Part shown: positions 10,223 through 17,706 of the stretch, in pieces
Numbering within the stretch: the first letter of the stretch is position 1
How the letters are laid out: every line of letters begins with the position of its first letter
Notes under the pieces: model-generated
Database searches by the model: none
What the model was told of the DNA's origin: nothing
Seen by the model: only the letters and a program-made list of their open reading frames with translations
DNA from: a virus
Taxonomy: Duplodnaviria > Caudoviricetes
IMG/VR virus record: IMGVR_UViG_3300011339_000560
Coordinates: 1-33,768 of that record
Length of the DNA: 33,768 nt
Reading direction: 5' to 3' (one strand)
Translations under genes and position numbers: made by a program

Positions 10223-10430
10223 TAGCAGTCTTAACCAACAAGTTGCTAAGGCGGTTCGCCCGCAGCTACCTAGTGATGCAAGTGCGGGTATGCCACGCTG
10301 GTCTCCCGGACAATTGCCTACAGGCGGGTTTCGTTCTGTATTTGATATGTCTGGTAAGAAGTTTCCAACAGAGGGCGCATTAGACACTAAGCGGTCTCCT
10401 ACGTCTGGTGGCGGCAGCAAGGTGTACTAA
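10194..10430 (+). CDS. Hypothetical protein
   Basis: RBS AAGGA; stop coupled to the next ATG. Confidence 0.55.
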   Translation: MSKSRPQQRDSSLNQQVAKAVRPQLPSDASAGMPRWSPGQLPTGGFRSVFDMSGKKFPTEGALDTKRSPTSGGGSKVY

Positions 10431-10786
10431 TGGCTAATAACATTGCTTTTCAGCCTATGGGCAAGACGGTCAAGGTAACGGCTGGAACATCAGCTAATAC
10501 GCTTGCTCTTGTCTCTGATAGCCCGTCTAACCAATATCTTGTGGTCAACCATGAAAAGACCAATGGAACTGGATTCCCTGTCTATGTGCGAATCTCAGCT
10601 ACAAGCACCAACGCTGGATTGCCAACGGGAAACAATACCAATGCAGCATACGGTATTCCTATTCCTCCCGGTCATATGTTTGTATTTAGCGGTCCTCAAT
10701 GCACTAATACTAGCCCTGTATATATTTCTGCAATTTGTGAAGCCGATAGTCCTGAAGTTTATGTGACACCCGGCGAAGGTTTGTAA
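10430..10786 (+). CDS. Small beta-rich putative virion protein (paralog of 2025-2354)
   Basis: NIAFQPMGKTV, NQY and YVTPGEGL motifs shared with 2025-2354. Confidence 0.65.
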   Translation: MANNIAFQPMGKTVKVTAGTSANTLALVSDSPSNQYLVVNHEKTNGTGFPVYVRISATSTNAGLPTGNNTNAAYGIPIPPGHMFVFSGPQCTNTSPVYISAICEADSPEVYVTPGEGL

Positions 10787-11055
10787 TGAACTGGGCTGAT
10801 GTTCTCAAGGCGGTTATTCCAATCGTTGTTGCGTCATTAGCTTGGTTGCTTGGACAAGTCAATTCGTTTTCAGAACGCTTGACTAAGATTGAGGGTTCTA
10901 TGCCAGCTCTCATTACATCTCAGGGCGTACCTACCGACTCACCTATTTCAGCAGAGCGTAGACACTCTATGAAAGAAGAGATTTACCGAGACATTCATGA
11001 ATTGCAAGTCAAAGTGAAGCTGCTTGAAGAGCGAGAAAAAATGGGGAAAAAATAA
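10786..11055 (+). CDS. Membrane-anchored coiled-coil protein in lysis cluster
   Basis: N-terminal TM segment plus coiled coil; coupled at both ends. Confidence 0.65.
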   Translation: MNWADVLKAVIPIVVASLAWLLGQVNSFSERLTKIEGSMPALITSQGVPTDSPISAERRHSMKEEIYRDIHELQVKVKLLEEREKMGKK

Positions 11056-11459
11056 TGTCATTTGACCCTTTGTCAGCAATATTTGATGTCGGTGGCAAGC
11101 TCATCGACAAGCTCATTCCAGACCCACAAGCAAAAGCAAAGGCGCAATTAGACCTATTGCAGATGAAACAAAATGGTGAGTTGGCTGCATTACAAGCTGA
11201 CTCTGTTGAAATGCAGGAGTTAACTAAGCGACTGCAAGCGGATATGACAAGTGATTCTTGGTTATCCAAAAACATTCGCCCTATGACATTAGTATTTATC
11301 CTAATTACTTACACAACATTTGCCATGATGAGTGCATGGGATATTGAGGTAAACAACAACTATGTTGAGCTGCTAGGTCAATGGGGAATGTTGATAATGT
11401 CTTTTTACTTTGGCGGCAGAACGCTAGAGAAAATCATGGACATGAGGGCTAAGAAATGA
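11055..11459 (+). CDS. Holin (GTA 3TM holin-like family)
   Basis: GGKLIDKLIPDP, DSWLSKNIRP and FYFGGRTLEK motifs; directly upstream of the endolysin. Confidence 0.8.
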   Translation: MSFDPLSAIFDVGGKLIDKLIPDPQAKAKAQLDLLQMKQNGELAALQADSVEMQELTKRLQADMTSDSWLSKNIRPMTLVFILITYTTFAMMSAWDIEVNNNYVELLGQWGMLIMSFYFGGRTLEKIMDMRAKK

Positions 11460-11884
11460 ACTTATCCCCTCACTTCACCCTAGAAGAGCTAACGATTACA
11501 GAGCATAGGGAGTTAGACAATACGCCTGATGATGCCGAGTTAGCTAACCTCAAGCGTTTGGCTGAGTTCTTAGAGAAGGTCAAAAATGTCCTTGGTGGCA
11601 AGCCAGTTATGGTTAACTCTGCTTTTAGGTCTAAGGCGGTCAATGATGCGGTAGGAAGCAAGGATACGAGCCAGCACCGAGTTGGTTGTGCTGCTGACCT
11701 GAGAGTGCCCGGAATGACCCCTGATGAGGTCGTAAAGGCTGTAATAGCCTCTGGCATAGGGTATGACCAAGTGATTAGAGAATTTGACCGTTGGACGCAT
11801 ATTTCTATTCCAAACAAGTTATTTGATTCTCCTCGTAAACAAGCCCTTATCATTGACAAACAAGGAACTAGAGTTTATGCCTAG
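11456..11884 (+). CDS. Endolysin, peptidase M15A family (Zn D-Ala-D-Ala carboxypeptidase-like)
   Basis: LSPHFTLEEL, SAFRS..VN, SQH..GCAAD and WTHIS zinc-ligand motifs. Confidence 0.88.
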   Translation: MNLSPHFTLEELTITEHRELDNTPDDAELANLKRLAEFLEKVKNVLGGKPVMVNSAFRSKAVNDAVGSKDTSQHRVGCAADLRVPGMTPDEVVKAVIASGIGYDQVIREFDRWTHISIPNKLFDSPRKQALIIDKQGTRVYA

Positions 11885-12101
11885 AAAAACTAATTTATCT
11901 GTTGGCAGGGGCGAGAAGTTATCTGTCAAAGCCGGTGGTGGTTTGACTGCTAAAGGTCGGGCTAAATACAACCGAGCTACTGGCAGCAAACTCAAAGCAC
12001 CAACTAAATCAGGACCTCGCCACAAGTCGTTCTGCGCTAGAAGCAAGAACTGGAAAGGCGAGAGAGGTAAGGCAGCAAGAAAGAGATGGGGTTGCAGATG
12101 A
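11877..12101 (+). CDS. Small highly basic phage protein
   Basis: GGGLTAKGRAKYN...KSFCAR...RWGC; ATG 11877 with AAGGA RBS. Confidence 0.75.
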   Translation: MPRKTNLSVGRGEKLSVKAGGGLTAKGRAKYNRATGSKLKAPTKSGPRHKSFCARSKNWKGERGKAARKRWGCR

Positions 12102-12256
12102 AAAAGACACCTAAAGCCAAACGTGGTTTGTACTACAACATCAACAAGCGTAGAGAAAAAGGTTTGCCAGCTAAGAAGCCCGGTCAAAAAGGCTACCCTA
12201 CTGCGGCAGCATTTAAGCGTTCAGCTAAGACTGCGAAGCGAAAGACTAAGCGTTGA
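12098..12256 (+). CDS. Small highly basic phage protein (52 aa, not in ORF track)
   Basis: MKKTPKAKRGLYYNINKRREKGLPAKKPGQKGYPTAAAFKRSAKTAKRKTKR; ATGA and TTGA overlaps at its ends. Confidence 0.75.
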   Translation: MKKTPKAKRGLYYNINKRREKGLPAKKPGQKGYPTAAAFKRSAKTAKRKTKR

Positions 12257-12771
12257 GTCACCCTGCACAGCTTGAGTTTGTCTCCTTTATTCGAGAGAAA
12301 CTACCACAATACTTTGTTAACAAGCGTGTCCTAGAGGTCGGCAGCCTTGACCTCAATGGCTCAATACGTCAATTCTTTAAGAACTGTGCTTACCTTGGCG
12401 TTGACCTTGGCATAGGTGCGGGGGTTGATTTGGTAGCAAAAGGTGAAGAGCTGGTCTTCCCTGACAACAGCTTTGATGTGGTGGCTAGTTGCGAGTGCTT
12501 TGAGCATAACCCTGAGTGGGTTAAGACATTCAACAACATGACGAGAATGGGGTGCGGGTTGGTCTTTTTCTCCTGCGCTACAACTGGCAGAGCCGAACAC
12601 GGCACACGCAAGACTAATCCCCAAGACGCACCGTTTTGCGGTGACTACTATCGCAACTTGACTGAGAGAGACTTTCTTGACAATTGCGACATGAGCAAGT
12701 TCGTTGAGTACCAGTTCGGTGTTAACGAAATTGCCCATGACCTCTACTTTTATGGTGTCTTGAGAAGCTGA
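12253..12771 (+). CDS. Class I SAM-dependent methyltransferase
   Basis: VLEVGS motif I, YLGVD, SFDVVASCECFEH. No DNA-MTase DPPY/PC motif. Confidence 0.85.
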   Translation: MSHPAQLEFVSFIREKLPQYFVNKRVLEVGSLDLNGSIRQFFKNCAYLGVDLGIGAGVDLVAKGEELVFPDNSFDVVASCECFEHNPEWVKTFNNMTRMGCGLVFFSCATTGRAEHGTRKTNPQDAPFCGDYYRNLTERDFLDNCDMSKFVEYQFGVNEIAHDLYFYGVLRS

Positions 12772-13541
12772 CCTTCAAAGGCGTATGTGCCGACATGGGC
12801 TAGGTCAACCCAAGGCGCTGCCCACACTTTGTAGCCATTCTCTCTAGCCTTCTTACAGAAGTAGTAGTCCTCTGAGAGCAAGAGTCCTGATTCCTCTTCT
12901 ATGCAAGTAGCAAAGAATTCATTAACTCTCTCGCCATTTTGAGGGTTGTTAATGTCCATGACGTTGTTGAGATAGGTCGGCAGCTTGCCTACCAAACCCT
13001 CATACACCTCGCGCTTAATGAGCATGAAGCCTGTACCGCCATTCCAGATTTCCAAGGGTTCACCGATTGGAACTGTGACTGTTTCCTCATAGTTCACTAG
13101 GTTGACCACAAAGTTGCCTGTATGGTTCTTTAGCTCTGTATCAGGCACACCAGCGTCCATAGCCTTGCGAACTGTCTGCCAGTTGATTTCCTTTTTAGGA
13201 TAGATGCCACAGATGATGTCCTTGTCAGCCTCAATCATCGGCAATATCTGCTCTGGTTGGAAGCGGATGTCTGAGTCAATGAAGAGCATATGGGTGCATT
13301 TAGTCTTGAGAAAAGCATGGGCAAGTAGGTTGCGTCCACGCTGAATCAAAGACTCATTGAAGAGGAATGAAAAGGTTACGTCTAAGCCAGTATTCATGGC
13401 TAACTTTTGTAGCTGGAGACAGCCTTGGGTGAAGAAGCCAAAGCATTGACCGCCATACATAGGTGTGGCTACAAAGATGTGTTTCTTCTCTTGCGGTACG
13501 TCTACGACACCAGCAAAGGGGATTTCGATTTTGTCTAACAT
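12750..13541 (-). CDS. GT-A fold glycosyltransferase-like protein
   Basis: IFVATPMYGG, ESLIQRGRN, LFIDSD (DxD), GTGFMLIKR, LSEDYYFC, HVG. Confidence 0.78.
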   Translation of the reverse strand: MLDKIEIPFAGVVDVPQEKKHIFVATPMYGGQCFGFFTQGCLQLQKLAMNTGLDVTFSFLFNESLIQRGRNLLAHAFLKTKCTHMLFIDSDIRFQPEQILPMIEADKDIICGIYPKKEINWQTVRKAMDAGVPDTELKNHTGNFVVNLVNYEETVTVPIGEPLEIWNGGTGFMLIKREVYEGLVGKLPTYLNNVMDINNPQNGERVNEFFATCIEEESGLLLSEDYYFCKKARENGYKVWAAPWVDLAHVGTYAFEGQLLKTP

Positions 13542-13598
13542 GGGTTTCCTGATTGGTTGAATTAGTGGGGCTTCCCGAAACGCTGCCCCGTCACGTTC

Positions 13599-13985
13599 CT
13601 AACTGTCCTCTAGGGACTCACCTTCGGGATGGTGGGGGGAAATTTCTTCTATGACTACATGAAGAAGACCACCTTTGATTTGTTCGCCTCGAATCATCTC
13701 AATGTGGTCAACTTGGAAGTCATTGTCAAACACTCCAGCGTGTTCTAGTGCATCAAGTACCGCTTTGATACGGTTGTCGATGTCTATTTTTCTCTTGTCT
13801 CTAGGACGCAGAATTAGTGTTAGTTTCAATTTTTTATCCCCGAATTTAGGAATGTTGTTATCAATGATGTATGTCTGCACAGCTTCTCTGAACTCCCTTC
13901 CCTTGGCGCTCATTACCATGTGACCGCGAAAGTTACGGTAATAGGTGTTAACGCTTGGGGGAAATGGGAGAGAGAAACTAGCCAT
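13599..13985 (-). CDS. rusA: RusA Holliday junction resolvase
   Basis: PFPPSVNTYYR, DIDNRIKAVLDAL, DNDFQV catalytic motifs. Confidence 0.92.
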   Translation of the reverse strand: MASFSLPFPPSVNTYYRNFRGHMVMSAKGREFREAVQTYIIDNNIPKFGDKKLKLTLILRPRDKRKIDIDNRIKAVLDALEHAGVFDNDFQVDHIEMIRGEQIKGGLLHVVIEEISPHHPEGESLEDS

Positions 13986-14272
13986 CAAAATGGCACGTCA
14001 CTATCTTTAGGATAAGACCTAGCCGGTTTGTCAGTTACTTCTTTAGGGTACTGCTGCTGTTGTTTGTTCCAGTTAGGGTCGTTCAACTTCATGTTGTAGT
14101 AGATGCCATAACCAGCATCGTTCTCCCATGCACCAAAGTTAATGATTTCTCCTTTGTACATGAATGAACCTTTCCAGTCTGGCTCAGTAGAACCCTGTTT
14201 TTTGTAGGTGTTCTTTGTCATACGCCCTTTCATCTCTTGCGGGACGTAAGGGGGTTTCTTTTGGTTATCCAT
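13985..14272 (-). CDS. Putative single-stranded DNA-binding protein
   Basis: RBS GAAAGGA before ATG 14272. PDWKG/GAW motifs and acidic C-terminal DSDVPF tail; sits in the recombination module. Confidence 0.65.
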   Translation of the reverse strand: MDNQKKPPYVPQEMKGRMTKNTYKKQGSTEPDWKGSFMYKGEIINFGAWENDAGYGIYYNMKLNDPNWNKQQQQYPKEVTDKPARSYPKDSDVPF

Positions 14273-14282
14273 TATTTTCCTT

Positions 14283-14510
14283 TCAACGGTAGATATATCG
14301 GGCATACTCGCGCCCACCCTCTTTAACCATAGTTGTAAGGATTGGGTGTCCTTGCTTCCTAAGATATTCGATATGGGCTGCAAGCCTGAATGAGCCATAG
14401 TGTTTAAGTGCGTCCATCGGAGTTAGTGAGCCTATGTTTTGAAGATGCTTTAAAATATTTTCTCGTTGGCTTCCATGTCGGCTACGAACTGGGACGCTGG
14501 TGACTTTGGG
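14283..14510 (-). CDS. Winged helix-turn-helix domain in the -1 frame of the RecT-like gene (no own canonical start; probable frameshift extension)
   Basis: Translates ...SQRENILKHLQNIGSLTPMDALKHYGSFRLAAHIEYLRKQGHPILTTMVKEGGREYARYIYR*, a phage wHTH pattern; not in ORF track. Confidence 0.75.
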   Translation of the reverse strand, partial: PKVTSVPVRSRHGSQRENILKHLQNIGSLTPMDALKHYGSFRLAAHIEYLRKQGHPILTTMVKEGGREYARYIYR

Positions 14511-15301
14511 TGTTGGTTTACTCCCGCCTTGGCAAGCTCACCGCGAATCTTGATTTTGTCAAAACTGTTGAACTTCTCGGTTACGTCTTTGTTTGCCTCT
14601 GCTAGAGCTGCAATCTTCTCTGTGCGCTGTTCATCAGTTATTGTTTTAGACTGCATGACTCTAGCTGCCAAACCAGCATAGGCTTCTATCCATTCCTCTG
14701 GAGTGCTGTAAAGGGCATAGACCTCGCCATCAGGCTTGATGATGGGGTAGTCACCAGTAGAGGCTTCTATGACCTCTACGGGCTGTTTAACGTCTTCTAC
14801 AACGCCCATGTGCTTTGGAGCAGGGCTATCAAAGTCCATGACCTCTTCTGTGGCGTAATGTCCTAAGATACAAGCGGGATAGATGGAGCGCACAGCCCTA
14901 GAGATAACCCTAGCTCTGAGCATATCTTCAGGGTACTTAGACCAGCCACTACCGTCACGGTAGATGCCAGCTTGCTTTGCCATCTCAATTGTCCACTCCA
15001 CCGTTAAGCTGCCGCCTTGTGGGTGCTTAAATGTCCCCTTGACCTTCTTAGGCGTTACTTCGTCCCATTGGACTGAGCCACCAGAGAGTTGGAAACGGGC
15101 AAGGATAGCTTGAGACTTGAGAGCTGGTTTGCCTTGAATAATGTCGTATTCTTGAACGACAGAGGCGGGGTGCTTGTTTTCTGCTTGGGCTACAAGCATT
15201 ACAGCCATGACTTGCTCTTTGGTTTTAAAACCGTAAAAGCCTGACTTGACGATACTGTCAGCCATGACTGTCATGTCTGATACAGGGATGATATTACTCA
15301 T
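14450..15301 (-). CDS. RecT-like single-strand annealing protein
   Basis: IIQGKPAL, WTIEMAKQAG, WSKYPEDMLRARVISRAVR..YP..GHYATEE motifs; downstream of the YqaJ exonuclease. Confidence 0.8.
   Translation of the reverse strand: MSNIIPVSDMTVMADSIVKSGFYGFKTKEQVMAVMLVAQAENKHPASVVQEYDIIQGKPALKSQAILARFQLSGGSVQWDEVTPKKVKGTFKHPQGGSLTVEWTIEMAKQAGIYRDGSGWSKYPEDMLRARVISRAVRSIYPACILGHYATEEVMDFDSPAPKHMGVVEDVKQPVEVIEASTGDYPIIKPDGEVYALYSTPEEWIEAYAGLAARVMQSKTITDEQRTEKIAALAEANKDVTEKFNSFDKIKIRGELAKAGVNQHPKSPASQFVADMEANEKIF
14504..14525 (-). other. Candidate -1 programmed ribosomal frameshift signal
   Basis: In-frame C_CCA_AAG heptamer (14510-14504) with SD-like GGGAG 10 nt upstream. Confidence 0.65.
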
Positions 15302-15384
15302 GTGAATTTCTCCAAAATAGTTAGGAATGTTTCTATGACTGAGGATGCAGCCATTACATATATAGCGATGTCTTGAGTAGTCAC
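15298..15384 (-). CDS. 28-aa hydrophobic peptide
   Basis: GTG start overlaps the upstream stop and its stop overlaps the RecT-like ATG; MTTQDIAIYVMAASSVIETFLTILEKFT. Confidence 0.5.
   Translation of the reverse strand: MTTQDIAIYVMAASSVIETFLTILEKFT
15320..15327 (-). promoter_or_regulatory. TTCCTAAC box upstream of RecT-like gene RBS
   Basis: One of six identical 8-mers 13-20 nt upstream of leftward start codons. Confidence 0.7.
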
Positions 15385-15572
15385 AAGTCCCTCGCTTTCA
15401 ACATTGCATCTGCCACCATGTAAGCCCGTTGAGCAAACTCTTCTGGCGTAGCTTTGAGTGATGGTTCAGCAATCATTCCTTGCAAAGCGTGAGCAGCAAA
15501 GTAATCTCTGAGACTCATGCCCTTGTCATCAGAGCCGGTCTTAGGGTCACGGGGGCTAGGAAATGCGTTCAT
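15381..15572 (-). CDS. Conserved small phage protein (GMSLRDYFAA family)
   Basis: AFP...GMSLRDYFAAHALQG...AYMVADAMLKAR. Confidence 0.8.
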   Translation of the reverse strand: MNAFPSPRDPKTGSDDKGMSLRDYFAAHALQGMIAEPSLKATPEEFAQRAYMVADAMLKARDL

Positions 15573-15735
15573 TCTTGACCTTCCTTCCGGGCTTTGCCTT
15601 GGCTGTACCGTCAACCTTTAGACCCCACCGAGACTCTTCTAGCTTCATAATCCGCTTTAAGGCATCAGCAAACAAGTCCTCTAGCATGATGACTTCACGC
15701 TCTAGTTGTTCAATGCGTTTGGTGTTGAAAAACAT
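15556..15735 (-). CDS. Small protein with coiled coil and basic WGLKVDGTAKAKPGRK motif (59 aa, not in track)
   Basis: ATG 3 nt after the exonuclease stop; overlaps the next gene start. Confidence 0.7.
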   Translation of the reverse strand: MFFNTKRIEQLEREVIMLEDLFADALKRIMKLEESRWGLKVDGTAKAKPGRKVKNERIS

Positions 15736-15738
15736 GGC

Positions 15739-16644
15739 TTAACCTTTCACTAAGAATCTACGGCTGCCAGGTACTTCCCGCACATAGGACTTGTAAAGGT
15801 CTGGCATAGACTGCTCAAAGAGCTTCTTATCAAAACTCATGCTTGGCTTGGCTGACTTCCAAGTGGCTAGGACTCGCCCGTCTAGGGTTACCAATTCGCT
15901 GTTGACCCCCATGAATTTTTGGATTTCCAACTTGAGCTTCTCTTCCTCTGCTTCCCACTTAGAGAGCTGTTCCTTGGTGTAACTCAAGGCTTGGCACATC
16001 TGCTCTAGTGACTGAGGCGCGGTGATAGAAGTAGGTGCGGAGACAGAATAGATTAGTTTCGCTTGCTCGGTAGTCTCAGGTTCTGGCAACTGCTTAGACG
16101 CAACGTGCGCCCAGTAGACCGCCATATCGCGGATGAGTTCCTCTTTCTGAGCTTCCTCGATGGTGAACTTAAACACTTCAAAGTTTTGTCCACCAAATAG
16201 AATAGCCAGCACAATGTCTGAGATATTGTGGCAAGCCGCCTCGTGGATGAGTTGCGCCATATCAGCCGCAGGGATGATGTTGGCTTCACTATCGAACTTG
16301 TTGCGTACGCTAGAGTTGTAGTTTTTGACTTCCACAAGCGTTTGCCCGTCAGCGCTGATGAAGTCGAAATGGGAACGCATCCAAGTCTCTTTTGGGTGAG
16401 TGAGCGCATAGTCTGCTTCCTTCAATTCAATGCCAAGTTTTGCACTAGCGAGTTGTCCTATGATGGGTTGCATCACATGACCCATTTGGACTGCTTCAAC
16501 CTCTGACAAGTCGGGGCGTTCCTTTACGCCTAGCTTCTCAAGGACTGCATCGTTACCTCTGCCGTTGGCTGCCATACGGCTATCGCCTGACCACCAAGCG
16601 CTATTGCGTACTTCGGGTAAGAAATCGTTTCTATCGTTTGCCAT
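15739..16644 (-). CDS. YqaJ-like (lambda exonuclease family) recombination nuclease
   Basis: GH.MQP, HP...WMRSHFDF, LVEVKN (PD-(D/E)xK) and QL.H motifs; C-terminal SRRFLVK; RBS AAGGAG. Confidence 0.85.
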   Translation of the reverse strand: MANDRNDFLPEVRNSAWWSGDSRMAANGRGNDAVLEKLGVKERPDLSEVEAVQMGHVMQPIIGQLASAKLGIELKEADYALTHPKETWMRSHFDFISADGQTLVEVKNYNSSVRNKFDSEANIIPAADMAQLIHEAACHNISDIVLAILFGGQNFEVFKFTIEEAQKEELIRDMAVYWAHVASKQLPEPETTEQAKLIYSVSAPTSITAPQSLEQMCQALSYTKEQLSKWEAEEEKLKLEIQKFMGVNSELVTLDGRVLATWKSAKPSMSFDKKLFEQSMPDLYKSYVREVPGSRRFLVKG

Positions 16645-16948
16645 GACTGCTCTCCTTAGTTAGGAAAAATACTGCTTCACCCAATGCGGTAACAACAAGG
16701 GTTGCTCTTGCGTACAGCTCGGTGTACTTCTCTAGGTCATCAGTTAACTGCTCAATCTTGTCATTCAGCTCTGCTTTGGAGTGGATGCACTTCTTGAGAG
16801 CCAATTCGAGGTTATTGGATTCGTCTTGCACTTGTCTGAGAAACTCTTTGTCTTTCTCTGCTTGAGTGTGTAAGTCTTTGATGGTGTCTTTTAGTTCTCT
16901 GTTCTCTTGAATCTTTCTAACAAGAGAGTCTTGCAGCTTAGTTGCCAT
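16631..16948 (-). CDS. Coiled-coil hypothetical protein
   Basis: 105 aa heptad-rich; overlaps neighbours. Confidence 0.65.
   Translation of the reverse strand: MATKLQDSLVRKIQENRELKDTIKDLHTQAEKDKEFLRQVQDESNNLELALKKCIHSKAELNDKIEQLTDDLEKYTELYARATLVVTALGEAVFFLTKESSHGKR
16659..16666 (-). promoter_or_regulatory. TTCCTAAC box upstream of exonuclease RBS
   Basis: TTCCTAAC-TA-AGGAG...ATG 16644. Confidence 0.7.
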
Positions 16949-17165
16949 TTGGAATCTCCTCGTCTGCTTGGTTCAACTCGAACAGCTTGCCGTCAAGGTC
17001 GCATGGCGAGCTAACCATACGCATAGACTCACAGTATTTGTAGGTAGATTCACCAGTCACTAGGTTGATAGTCTCAGAGGCTTTGCAACGGTCGTAGTTG
17101 GCTACGCTGCTGCTTTGCTTGGATGGAATGTGCCACTTACAGTCAGCACAGATTAATGGTTTCAT
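16938..17165 (-). CDS. Small Cys-rich (putative Zn-binding) protein
   Basis: CADCKW...C...C..MR....C...GKLFE; RBS AGGGG. Confidence 0.7.
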   Translation of the reverse strand: MKPLICADCKWHIPSKQSSSVANYDRCKASETINLVTGESTYKYCESMRMVSSPCDLDGKLFELNQADEEIPNGN

Positions 17166-17182
17166 AAATACCCCTTTAAATG

Positions 17183-17190
17183 GTTAGGAA
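17183..17190 (-). promoter_or_regulatory. TTCCTAAC box upstream of 17165 gene
   Basis: Preceded by TATAAT 8 nt upstream; followed by AGGGG RBS. Confidence 0.7.
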
Positions 17191-17229
17191 GAGATTACAT
17201 TATAGATAGAGATTATGGGGATTAGCCAT

Positions 17230-17615
17230 TGTATTTATTAATCGGTTTGTCCTTTCTGATAGTTACATTCTGTTTAGGCATAGTATCCCCAAGGGTGAGA
17301 AGCTCTCCCCCAAGCCCATGCGTATGCACTAGCTTCCCCAAAGGGATGCGATTCATTCGATGCAAGTCTTGTCTCACCATGTCCTTGCGTCTTGCCCGAT
17401 ACCTCGCACACAGTTCGGTAGGGTTATCAACGGGGTGATGCGCTGCCCTATGTTTTCTTCCAAGCCGCCCATGTAGGCGCTCTGCTCTCGCGTGGAGTGC
17501 GATTGAAGACGGGCAACAAAAAAGCCACTTAACCCAGAACCCCTGTCGTACCCCCAATTTAATGGGGAGGGATGCTGGCTTAAATGGCTTGAAGTTATTG
17601 CGTACGACCACAATG
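17230..17615 (-). ncRNA. Putative structured non-coding RNA / attenuated leader
   Basis: Follows a strong promoter. A 16-bp imperfect stem (17590-17575 / 17537-17522) is followed by a U-tract, with further stems downstream and no convincing ORF. Confidence 0.45.
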
Positions 17616-17621
17616 GCGCGA

Positions 17622-17651
17622 ATCATATCAGACTTAATTTTTATTTGTCAA
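17622..17651 (-). promoter_or_regulatory. Sigma70 promoter (leftward)
   Basis: TTGACA-N18-TATGAT with extended -10 TG. Confidence 0.7.
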
Positions 17652-17706
17652 CAAGTATCAAGATGATGCAAACCGCAATAAACGCAATGAAGAGTAACTC
17701 AGGCAT
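17641..17706 (-). CDS. 21-aa hydrophobic micropeptide
   Basis: MPELLFIAFIAVCIILILVDK; start overlaps the end of the 17699-17938 ORF. Confidence 0.35.
   Translation of the reverse strand: MPELLFIAFIAVCIILILVDK

Noticed and set aside
12253-12771. DNA methyltransferase
   Set aside because: Lacks DPPY/NPPY or PC catalytic motifs; looks like a small-molecule or glycan methyltransferase.
14273-14398. Track's N-terminal extension of the SSB-like ORF
   Set aside because: A good RBS precedes ATG 14272, and this stretch encodes the wHTH in another frame.
17222-17626. ORFs 17222-17626 (-), 17374-17613 (-), 17229-17438 (+)
   Set aside because: Starts lie in or right at the promoter with no RBS, sequences are not protein-like, and the region is better explained by RNA structure. 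Not fully excluded.
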